Part shown: positions 16,217 to 23,382 of the stretch, one piece after another
Layout: each line of letters starts with the position of its first letter
Position numbering within the stretch: position 1 is the stretch's first letter
Assembly: GCF_003010495.1 (NCBI RefSeq)
Contig: NZ_CP027570.1
Location: 1,080,001-1,112,000, forward strand
Source: Megasphaera elsdenii DSM 20460
Lineage (GTDB): Bacteria; Bacillota; Negativicutes; Veillonellales; Megasphaeraceae
Reading direction: 5' to 3'
DNA length: 32,000 nt
Notes under the pieces: model-generated
What the model was told of the DNA's origin: nothing
Seen by the model: the letters and a program-made list of their open reading frames with translations, nothing else
The model's database searches: none
Program-made: the position numbers and the translations under genes

Positions 16217-16882
16217 TTACTTGCGGGCAGCGCGGAAGGCGTCGGCCAGGGAGAAGGTCAGCGGTTCTGCCGGCTTGGTGGCGTCGATGATAGGCTGCAT
16301 GATGTCGCGAAACTCTTCTTTCTTCTTTGATAAGACATAGAGCTTGGATGTGTTGCGGGCGTCCCAGAGGGCGTCGTGCATCTGGCCGTCGAAGGTTTCG
16401 CCCAGGGTACTGACGGCCTTGTCCAGGGAAATGACTTTGTCCAGGCCCAGGAGATTGCAGTAAATCTGCTGGAAATTCTGCCAGTGGTCGAGCATCCAGC
16501 GGACGCGGTCGTCGTGTTCGTCGATTTCCTTGAGGCGGAGTTCGCAGTCCAGTTGGCGCCAGTCGTTTTCGCTCCAGGCGAACATTTCGTAGGCATTGGG
16601 GCAGCCTTCGTTGCACCAAGTCAGGAAATGGTCGAAGGCCTGGCGGAAATGGGGCTTCCCGGCCAGCATTTCCATAGTGATTCCCGTCAATTCCTGACAG
16701 GTCTGGTTCATGGCTGTCGTATATTCGGGCAGCACATATTCTTTATACGACGAGATTTCCTTCCCGTCTTCGTCTATCTTGACAGCACCGATTTCGATGA
16801 TTTCACCCTTGCAGATGCGGCGCGCTTCCTTCTGGTCCCGGCCGATAGGGTTCATCTCGAAATCGACAAATACGGCTTTCAT
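16217..16882 (-). CDS. DEDDh-type 3'-5' exonuclease (KapD/ERI-1-like)
   Basis: MKAVFVDFEMNP (DxE), ..IIEIGAV.., ..FAWSENDW.. and ..HDALWDARNT.. (H-x4-D). The longer track ORF extends 5' across a terminator and is not credible. Confidence 0.8.
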   Translation of the reverse strand: MKAVFVDFEMNPIGRDQKEARRICKGEIIEIGAVKIDEDGKEISSYKEYVLPEYTTAMNQTCQELTGITMEMLAGKPHFRQAFDHFLTWCNEGCPNAYEMFAWSENDWRQLDCELRLKEIDEHDDRVRWMLDHWQNFQQIYCNLLGLDKVISLDKAVSTLGETFDGQMHDALWDARNTSKLYVLSKKKEEFRDIMQPIIDATKPAEPLTFSLADAFRAARK

Positions 16883-16938
16883 AATAAAAAAGTGTCTCCT
16901 TTCTGAATCTGATGGACAATCTTTATTATACCATAAGT

Positions 16939-16970
16939 AAAGGGCTTGTCGCACGTGCGACAAGCCCTTT
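16939..16970. terminator. bidirectional intrinsic terminator (perfect 16+16 palindrome)
   Basis: AAAGGGCTTGTCGCAC/GTGCGACAAGCCCTTT. The stem is identical over 13+14 nt to the terminator at 3699-3731. Confidence 0.75.
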
Positions 16971-16974
16971 TGAG

Positions 16975-17023
16975 ATGAATCAGGCGGGCCGCCCTTTGGG
17001 CGGCCCCTACGAGTCATGAGCCA
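16975..17023. repeat. GC-rich hairpin plus GGCGNCCCNTACGAG-NCANGAG-CCA module abutting the metQ stop codon
   Basis: Hairpin GGGCCGCCC-TTTG-GGCGGCCC, then CTACGAGTCATGAGCCAT. From TACGAG onward it matches 31040-31058 at 16 of 19 positions, and all three differences are C/T. Confidence 0.55.
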
Positions 17024-17848
17024 TTAAAATGCCGGCAGGATAGTTCCCTGGAAGTGTTCTTCGATGAATTTCTTGATCGGTTCCGACTGGTAGATTTCTA
17101 AGACTTTCTTGTATGTTTCGTTGTTTTCGTCGCCCTGACGGACTGCCATGACGTTAGCATACGGCGAATCCTTCGATTCGACGAGGATCGAATCCTTCTG
17201 CGGATTCAAGCCAGCCGGGATGGCGTAGTTGGTGTTGACGCAAGCCAGGTCCGTGTCGTCGAGGGAACGGGGAATCTGAGCGGCATCGAGTTCGACGAAC
17301 TGGAGGTTCTTGGGATTTTCTGTGATATCCGTAACCGAAGCGTCGACGGAGTTGCCGTTCTTCAACTTGATCAGGCCGGCCTGCTGGATCAGGAGCAGGG
17401 CGCGGGCCCCGTTGGTCGGGTCGTTCGGGATGGTGACTTTGGCACCGTCGGCGACATCTTTGATGTCTTTATATTTGTGCGAGTAAACAGCCATGGGCAG
17501 GATGATGGTCTTGCCGATAGACGTGATCTTCAGGCCTTGTTTCTTGACGACGTTGTCCATGTACGGCTGGTGCTGCATGGAGTTCATGTCCAGATCGCCT
17601 TCGGCCAGGGCCTTGTTCGGCTGGACATAGTCGTTAAATTCGACGACTTTGATGGTGATACCCTGTTTAGCTGCTTCTTTTGCGACTTCTTCCATGACTT
17701 CCGCGTGGGGACCGGCAGTGACGCCCATCTTGATTTCTTTTTTATCACCGGAAGCACCGGAATTGGAAGACGAACCGCAGCCGGCGGCAAAGAGGCACGT
17801 CGTCGTGATGAGGACGGCGGCGAAGAGTTTTTTTACTGTTGCATTCAT
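17024..17848 (-). CDS. metQ: MetQ/NlpA family methionine-binding lipoprotein (no adjacent metN or metI)
   Basis: MNATVKKLFAAVLITTTCLFAAGC lipobox. ..IKMGVTAGPHAEVMEEV.., ..FNDYVQPNKALAEGDLDMNSMQHQPY.. and ..IPNDPTNGARALLLI.. are NlpA-family motifs. Confidence 0.9.
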   Translation of the reverse strand: MNATVKKLFAAVLITTTCLFAAGCGSSSNSGASGDKKEIKMGVTAGPHAEVMEEVAKEAAKQGITIKVVEFNDYVQPNKALAEGDLDMNSMQHQPYMDNVVKKQGLKITSIGKTIILPMAVYSHKYKDIKDVADGAKVTIPNDPTNGARALLLIQQAGLIKLKNGNSVDASVTDITENPKNLQFVELDAAQIPRSLDDTDLACVNTNYAIPAGLNPQKDSILVESKDSPYANVMAVRQGDENNETYKKVLEIYQSEPIKKFIEEHFQGTILPAF

Positions 17849-17892
17849 GTAATCATTTCCTTTCTGGATGACGAATATAAGGGCTTGCCGGT

Positions 17893-17924
17893 CAAAAAGA
17901 AAAGCCGTCATACAGATGACGGCT
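17893..17924 (-). terminator. riboswitch expression-platform terminator
   Basis: On the minus strand, GCCGTCAT-CTGT-ATGACGGC followed by TTTTCTTTTT. The segment TCATCTG can alternatively pair with CAGATGA of the aptamer P1 3' strand (antiterminator). Confidence 0.8.
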
Positions 17925-17936
17925 CAATTTGCGATT

Positions 17937-18036
17937 CGTTCATCTGCCGGTATATACCGCTGGACTTGGCACCTATCCCGATAGGGGGTTGCCGCAGCGT
18001 CATCGGGCCATTCCCTCGACTGCTCTTGATGAAAGA
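17937..18036 (-). promoter_or_regulatory. SAM-I (S-box) riboswitch aptamer
   Basis: The minus strand reads TTTCATCAAGAGCAGTCGAGGGAATGGCCCGATGACGCTGCGGCAACC...GGTGCCAAGTCCAGCGG...GGCAGATGAA. This matches the conserved S-box blocks (ATCAAGAG, GAGGGA-TGGCCCGATGA, GGCAACC, GGTGCCAA-TCCAGC). Confidence 0.88.
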
Positions 18037-18058
18037 CAATGTTTTGTTGTTGGTGTAC

Positions 18059-18087
18059 ATGTTATCACCTGGCGGGGAATCTGTCAA
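18059..18087 (-). promoter_or_regulatory. promoter of the SAM riboswitch-metQ transcript
   Basis: On the minus strand, TTGACA (18082-18087), a 17-nt spacer and TAACAT (18059-18064). Confidence 0.6.
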
Positions 18088-18112
18088 GAAATTTTTGACA
18101 ATCCTGCGCTTC

Positions 18113-18141
18113 TTGAGAAAAATTTCTTTTTATGTTATAAT
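18113..18141 (+). promoter_or_regulatory. promoter of the MFS leader transcript
   Basis: TTGAGA (18113-18118), a 17-nt spacer and TATAAT (18136-18141), with TG at 18133-18134 (extended -10). Confidence 0.6.
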
Positions 18142-18147
18142 AAGAAA

Positions 18148-18286
18148 ACTCATCGGAGGCTTATACTCGTATGGTATAGAGCCGGATAAGATGTCACTTC
18201 AGTCCTGTAGCGGAGGAAGGGCGTGTACGTAAACACGTTCTTCGATAAAGTTGCAGGCCTGGGTGGTTTCTTATCCGGCTTTTTTG
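18148..18286 (+). promoter_or_regulatory. unassigned structured leader with mutually exclusive hairpins and a terminator-like helix plus T-run
   Basis: A perfect 11-bp helix 18180-18190/18270-18280 is followed by T6. Hairpin 18158-18165/18175-18183 shares 18180-18183 with that helix. An inner hairpin CGTGT-ACGTAA-ACACG is also present. I could not match any riboswitch class by eye. Confidence 0.4.
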
Positions 18287-18301
18287 TTGTGAGGTGATGG
18301 A

Positions 18302-19450
18302 ATGCTGAATAAACGAGATATCCTTTGGCAGATTTACAGTGCCAAAGCCTTTTACTTCCTTGGCGGCTTCGGTTTTACATCATGGGCATCGCTCATTCCT
18401 TTCCTGAAGCGGAAATTGCAGATTCCCGACGACCATCTGGGCTTTCTTTTGCTGGCCGTCGGCTTGGGAGCCCTGATCATGATGATGCTGGCCGGCTCTA
18501 TTGCCGGGCGCTTAGGCTGCCGCCGCTCTTTGACTGCTGCCGGCCTGTCCATTGCCGTCGTCTTGAACGTTCTCTGCTATGTGCCGGCTTATACTGCGGC
18601 GCTGCTGGTGGCAGTTCTCCTCGGTTCCTCCCTGGGGCTGCTCGATGTCGTCGTCAACATCAACGGCATCTTCATTGAACGGAAAGTCCGCAAGCGCCTC
18701 ATGTCGGGAATGCAGGCCATGTGGTCTTTGGGGAACTTTGCCGGCGCTGCCTTTTTCGCCCTGCTGCTGCAATTTCGGTTGCCCTGGCAAGGCGTTGCCC
18801 TGGCCGGTGCCGTCCTGATTGCCGCCTGTGTCTTCTTCTTTTCGCCCCATCTTCACAGTGAGCGGAATGAAAGCCGTGGCGGCAGCCATTTCGTGCGGCC
18901 CAAAGGAACGATTGTCTTCATTGGGCTGATTTGTACGATATCTTTCCTCGTCGAAGGCTCTATCAACGATTGGAGTGGCGTCTTCATGACGACGGAAAAA
19001 GGCATCGACATTTCCCAATCCGGCCTGGGTCTGACCCTGTTCACGGCTTCGGCCTTCCTGTCCCGCCTGACTGGTGATTCCCTGACCATGCATATCGGGC
19101 CGCGGCGTCTCCTGGCTTTTTCCCTGCCCATCGCCTTTGTCGGCTTTTTGGGAATCCTGCTCATCAGCGGCGGCCCGTTACTGTTCGCGTCATACGTCCT
19201 CATCGGTATCGGCTGCGCCAACACGGTCCCCGTTTTTTACTCCCTCTTGGGGACGCAAAAAGAAATGCCCATCGCCGATGCCGTCGCCGCAGTCAGTACC
19301 ATCGGCTACGTCGGCATCCTCCTGGCACCGGCCGTACTGGGCTTCATCGGCCGTGTCTTCAGCCTGACCATTTCCTTTACCCTGGTCACAGTCCTCTTAA
19401 TCATCATGACCGTCATGGCCATGCGGCTGTTGGGGAAGTTTGAGGTTTGA
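18302..19450 (+). CDS. MFS transporter (substrate unknown)
   Basis: GAGGTG RBS. About 12 hydrophobic segments. The stop codon lies inside the heptamer repeat array. Confidence 0.8.
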   Translation: MLNKRDILWQIYSAKAFYFLGGFGFTSWASLIPFLKRKLQIPDDHLGFLLLAVGLGALIMMMLAGSIAGRLGCRRSLTAAGLSIAVVLNVLCYVPAYTAALLVAVLLGSSLGLLDVVVNINGIFIERKVRKRLMSGMQAMWSLGNFAGAAFFALLLQFRLPWQGVALAGAVLIAACVFFFSPHLHSERNESRGGSHFVRPKGTIVFIGLICTISFLVEGSINDWSGVFMTTEKGIDISQSGLGLTLFTASAFLSRLTGDSLTMHIGPRRLLAFSLPIAFVGFLGILLISGGPLLFASYVLIGIGCANTVPVFYSLLGTQKEMPIADAVAAVSTIGYVGILLAPAVLGFIGRVFSLTISFTLVTVLLIIMTVMAMRLLGKFEV

Positions 19451-19527
19451 GGTTTGATGTTTGAAGTTTGATGTAAGTAGGGATAAATTTGAAACCATCA
19501 CGTCAAACATCAAACGTCAAACTAAAA
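19436..19527. repeat. heptamer-array inverted repeat element, copy 2
   Basis: The left array is GAAGTTT GAGGTTT GAGGTTT GATGTTT GAAGTTT GATGTAA (19436-19476). The right array is ACGTCAA ACATCAA ACGTCAA ACTAAAA (19500-19527). The spacer contains AAATTT. Confidence 0.7.
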
Positions 19528-19555
19528 AAGCCTGCCGCAGGGGCAGGCTTTTTTC
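19524..19555. terminator. bidirectional intrinsic terminator between convergent genes
   Basis: A6-GCCTGCC-GCAGG-GGCAGGC-T6. Confidence 0.8.
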
Positions 19556-20956
19556 TTACGCATCAATCACTTTCCCCGGATTGAGGATGTCTTTCGGGTC
19601 CATGGCCCGCTTGATGGTTTTCATGATTTTCAGTTCGCCTTTTGGTGTGAACTGTTCCATGTATTTTAATTTCTTGGCTCCGATGCCGTGTTCGCCGGCC
19701 AGGCGGCCGCCGACGCTGTAGGCATAGGCGTAGACTTGCTGATGGAATTCTTCGACGTTCTTTTCCCATTCTTCGTCGCTCATGTCCATCTTGCAGAGGA
19801 CGATGTGCAGGTTGCCGTCGCCGATGTGGGCATTGATCTTGACTTCAAAGGGATAGTCCTTGCCGATATCCATAATCTTTTCGATGGTTCCGGCAATTTT
19901 ATGGACCGGCACGACGACGTCGTCTGTGAGGAAGACCTTGCTTTGCAGTTCAACCGAGGTCTGGCAGTTGCGGCGCATGTTCCAGACGCGGTCATCCGCT
20001 TCCAGGACTTCGGCGGCGCCTGATTCTTCACAGATCGTGCAGACGGCGTCCATCTTGGTGTCCAGTTCATCTTCGTGGAAGGTTTCGACGGTGATGATGA
20101 CGTAGATACCGTCGTCGTAGTGGGGCATATCCTTGTAATGGCAGTAGTCTGCACAGCCGCGGACGTAGGAATTGTCCATGTATTCGACGCTGGTCGGATC
20201 GATGCCGGCTTTCATCAATTTCGGTACCATGTGCAAAGCCTGGCGCGGATCTGTATAGATGGCCAGGACGTCGAAGCGGTACGGCGGCAGGGGAATCAGT
20301 TTGACTGTGACTTTGGTGATGATGCCCAGCGTCCCTTCACTGCCGATGATGAGCTGTTCCAGGTCGTAGCCGGTCGAGCATTTCTTGAGGATACGGCCGC
20401 ATTCGACGATATCGCCAGTAGGGGTGACGACTTCCAGGCAGTAGACCTGGTCGCGGGTGACGCCGTAGCGGACGGCGCGCAGGCCGCCGGCATTGGTAGC
20501 CAGGTTGCCGCCGATGAGGCTGCTTTCGGCGCTGGACGGGTCACCGGCATACATGAGGCCGACTTTCTTGGCGGCATTCTGCAAGTCTACCGTGCGGACA
20601 CCGGCTTCGACGGTCATGTACATGCCTTCTTCATTCAGTTCGAGAATCTTGTTGAGACGGTCCATGCAGAGAACCAGGCCGCCGCAGACCGGGATGGCCC
20701 CGTCGGCCAGGCTGGTGCCGCCGCTGCGGACGGTAATGGGGAAGTCGTATTCGTTGGCTAATTTGACGATTTCCGAGATTTCCTGGGCGTTCGCCGGCGA
20801 TACCGCAGCGTCAGGAACGTGGAACATGGCCGGGTTGGTTTCATAGTCGGTCTGATACTGTAAGAGCATGTCTCTATCGGTCTTGACATAAGTCGGACCG
20901 GTAATGGCTTTTAATTTTTCAATGATTTCTGGCGTAATGGGCTGATAAGTTTTCAA
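19556..20956 (-). CDS. FAD-binding oxidoreductase, GlcD / D-lactate dehydrogenase family
   Basis: ..ITVRSGGTSLADGAIP.. (FAD PCMH domain) and a C-terminal ..GGRLAGEHGIGAKK..MDPKDILNPGKV.. typical of FAD-linked oxidases. Confidence 0.85.
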   Translation of the reverse strand: MKTYQPITPEIIEKLKAITGPTYVKTDRDMLLQYQTDYETNPAMFHVPDAAVSPANAQEISEIVKLANEYDFPITVRSGGTSLADGAIPVCGGLVLCMDRLNKILELNEEGMYMTVEAGVRTVDLQNAAKKVGLMYAGDPSSAESSLIGGNLATNAGGLRAVRYGVTRDQVYCLEVVTPTGDIVECGRILKKCSTGYDLEQLIIGSEGTLGIITKVTVKLIPLPPYRFDVLAIYTDPRQALHMVPKLMKAGIDPTSVEYMDNSYVRGCADYCHYKDMPHYDDGIYVIITVETFHEDELDTKMDAVCTICEESGAAEVLEADDRVWNMRRNCQTSVELQSKVFLTDDVVVPVHKIAGTIEKIMDIGKDYPFEVKINAHIGDGNLHIVLCKMDMSDEEWEKNVEEFHQQVYAYAYSVGGRLAGEHGIGAKKLKYMEQFTPKGELKIMKTIKRAMDPKDILNPGKVIDA

Positions 20957-21019
20957 GCAAAGGGCCTCCTTTTCATTTGTTGTCTTATTCTACCACGCTC
21001 GCCGCCCCTAGGGAAGGCA

Positions 21020-21448
21020 TCAGAACTTGAAATCAATCGTTGCCGAGACGCCGACGCCCTGGACTCGATTGAGATTGCTGACATTCGTCGTCGCCATAGG
21101 GATGAGGGCATTGGCCCGGGCGATGCCGTTAAATTCGCCTTCCAGCTGGGCGACGGCTTTGACCTTTTCGACTTGGGCCGACGGGCCGATGACCTGGACG
21201 GCGCCGATATATTTACCCGTACCGACGCTGACGATAGGCACGACTTTGGTGGCATAATCCGTGCCGACGCCATTTTTCATGAGCAGTTTGTTGAGAAAGT
21301 CGTTGATGGAATCGCCATACTTGGAGACGAGGATGGAAATGCCGCCGACTTTCAAGATAGAACCGAGGTTGAAGGCCTGGACGGCTGTGCCGCCGGCGAA
21401 ACCGAGAAGTGACGCAATCGTAACGGCTGCAATGAGTTGTTTTTTCAT
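21020..21448 (-). CDS. small secreted protein of unknown function
   Basis: Signal peptide MKKQLIAAVTIASLLGFAGGTAVQA. AGGAGG RBS lies 16 nt after the stop of the upstream MFS gene. The C-terminus ..GVSATIDFKF ends in an aromatic residue. Confidence 0.7.
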   Translation of the reverse strand: MKKQLIAAVTIASLLGFAGGTAVQAFNLGSILKVGGISILVSKYGDSINDFLNKLLMKNGVGTDYATKVVPIVSVGTGKYIGAVQVIGPSAQVEKVKAVAQLEGEFNGIARANALIPMATTNVSNLNRVQGVGVSATIDFKF

Positions 21449-21464
21449 GGAAATACCTCCTGAA

Positions 21465-22811
21465 TCAAGCTTTTTTTTGATGATGGCCGCGGGCTAGCGA
21501 GGCCGCAACGGCAAGGAAACAGAGGACGGCTAAGATGACGAACGAGGCATGCAGGGCCGCCAGGACGCCGTCGGTATAAGATGGCTGTTTAGCCGTTTCC
21601 ATCGTCATGATAAAGGTGACGACAGCCATGCTCAGGGCCTGGCCGAGATTGCGCGACAAGGCCAAAATGCTCGAGGCGATGCCGTGGTGCATCTTTTTGA
21701 CAGACCCCATGATGGCGCTGTTGTTGGGAGCGCCGAACAGCGCCGCCCCCAGTCCGATGAAGACCAGGAAGATGGCAGCACCGCTGACGGGGACGCGCGG
21801 GAACAAGGCAAACGCCGCCAGCCCCAGCGCCGTCAAGACGAGGCCGATAGACGCAATGCCCCGCGGACCATACTTATCAGATAAGTCACCGGCCCGGGGC
21901 GACAAGAAAGCCATGATGATGGGCTGTACTAGCAGAATCGCTCCGGACATAGCCGGCGGCAGGCCGAGGATGACCTGGAAATAAAGGGATAAGAGAAAGG
22001 AAACGGCATAGGTAGCACTGTATTGGATGAGGGCTGCCAAATTGGACATAGAAAAGGTCAGATTACGGAATAAATAGAGCGGCAGCAGGGGGTGGAAGGA
22101 CTTGCCTTCGTGGATGACGAAGACGACCAGCAAGACCAGGCCGATCCAGAAAGAAGCACTGTAATCTTCAAAGGATGATAGCCCGTACAGCGCGCAGAGG
22201 ATACCGGCGATGGACAGACCCGAACTGACGAGGTTGACGAAGGGCGCGCCGTTGGCATACCATTCTTCTTTGATGGGACGGATGAAGGCGTACGAAATGA
22301 CGATGGCCAGGGCAGACAAGAGGAAGATACAGCGCCAGCCGACGAACTGCGTCAGGGCCCCGCCGATGACCGGCCCCAGGGACAGGCCGAGATAGGTCAG
22401 GGCGACAGCCCGGCCGAGAATATGGCCCTGATGGGCTTCATCCGTCGTCGCCAGGAGCAGGGGCATATAGGACACATAGACGCCGGATAGGGCGATGCCC
22501 TGGATGGCCCGCAAAATGATGAGCATCGTCAGGGTCTGGGCAAAGGCCGCCGCCGCTGTCGCCATGGCAAAGACGATGAGCGACAGGGAATAAGTCCGCC
22601 GCCGTCCATGGACATCGGAGACCTTTCCCAAGGGCAGGAGAAAAGCAGCCGTCGTCATCAAGAAAATCGTCACGACCCAGCTCATGCGGTCCGGCGCGAC
22701 GCCGAATTGACCGGCCATGACGGGAATGGCGATATTGATGGACGTAGAAAGAAAAGGCCCGACAAAACTGACCAGGCAAATCGAGTAAAAGATCCGTTTT
22801 TCCGTCGACAT
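21465..22811 (-). CDS. MFS transporter, DHA2/EmrB-like drug:H+ antiporter type
   Basis: ..LPLGKVSDVHGRRRTY.. (MFS motif A) and about 14 hydrophobic segments. GAGGTG RBS. Minus-strand extended -10 TGgTATAAT at 22846-22854. Confidence 0.8.
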   Translation of the reverse strand: MSTEKRIFYSICLVSFVGPFLSTSINIAIPVMAGQFGVAPDRMSWVVTIFLMTTAAFLLPLGKVSDVHGRRRTYSLSLIVFAMATAAAAFAQTLTMLIILRAIQGIALSGVYVSYMPLLLATTDEAHQGHILGRAVALTYLGLSLGPVIGGALTQFVGWRCIFLLSALAIVISYAFIRPIKEEWYANGAPFVNLVSSGLSIAGILCALYGLSSFEDYSASFWIGLVLLVVFVIHEGKSFHPLLPLYLFRNLTFSMSNLAALIQYSATYAVSFLLSLYFQVILGLPPAMSGAILLVQPIIMAFLSPRAGDLSDKYGPRGIASIGLVLTALGLAAFALFPRVPVSGAAIFLVFIGLGAALFGAPNNSAIMGSVKKMHHGIASSILALSRNLGQALSMAVVTFIMTMETAKQPSYTDGVLAALHASFVILAVLCFLAVAASLARGHHQKKA

Positions 22812-23052
22812 ATCCGCACCTCACAAACGTAATAATTCTGCTCTTATTATACCATATGAGCCGGAGACGGCGGGAGCTGGCGAAGAAAATCGCGGACTAA
22901 GAAAGGACAGAAATTTTTTTACATTATCACATTTTATGAGGGAATTAACAAGCGATATCTGAATGAGTCAAAATAATATTTATCAAAATGATATGTTGAC
23001 ATGATTTTTTTTACGAATTTATTGAAAATATATAAAAAAGAGAAAACTATAC

Positions 23053-23081
23053 TTGACAAGTAGCTTTTTGGATAGTACCAT
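23053..23081 (+). promoter_or_regulatory. candidate promoter of the T-box operon
   Basis: TTGACA (23053-23058), a 17-nt spacer and TACCAT (23076-23081). Confidence 0.45.
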
Positions 23082-23087
23082 AGGCGT

Positions 23088-23334
23088 AAACATTGAGAAA
23101 TGCGATAACCAAAACAAGTACACCTGTGTACTGCGTCAGAGAGTGCGGGTCTGGGGCTGCAAACCGGCATCGTTAGGAAACAGGATGGAATGCCTTTGGT
23201 TGCATAGCTGCGGAATTTTGTAGTATGCAGTTACGTCTGACTGGCGTTATACAGTCATGAGATACAGTTGTTGGCTGTAAACAGAGTGGAACCACGGGCC
23301 ACCGTCTCTGTCAAAGGGGAGGGTGGTCTTTTTG
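23088..23334 (+). promoter_or_regulatory. T-box leader (probably Met-specific) with terminator
   Basis: The stem I base TGCGATAACCAAA (23101-23113) pairs with TTTGGTTGCA (23195-23204). AG-bulge CAGAGAG at 23137-23143. T-box core AGAGTGGAACCACG at 23283-23296. Terminator CCACCGTCTC...GGAGGGTGG plus T5 at 23299-23334. Confidence 0.8.
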
Positions 23335-23382
23335 TATATCCTGTCAAGGATATGTGGGGGAAACGAGAAAGAAGGGGTACGT

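Noticed and set aside
18191-18232. 13-codon ORF MSLQSCSGGRACT in the MFS leader as a regulatory leader peptide.
   Set aside because: It has no SD upstream of its ATG and no run of a regulatory codon. It lies inside the predicted structured region, so it is more likely incidental.
22934-23170. 78-aa minus-strand ORF in the AT-rich region upstream of the amidohydrolase gene.
   Set aside because: It overlaps the T-box promoter and stem I. It has no SD and a low-complexity AT-driven translation.
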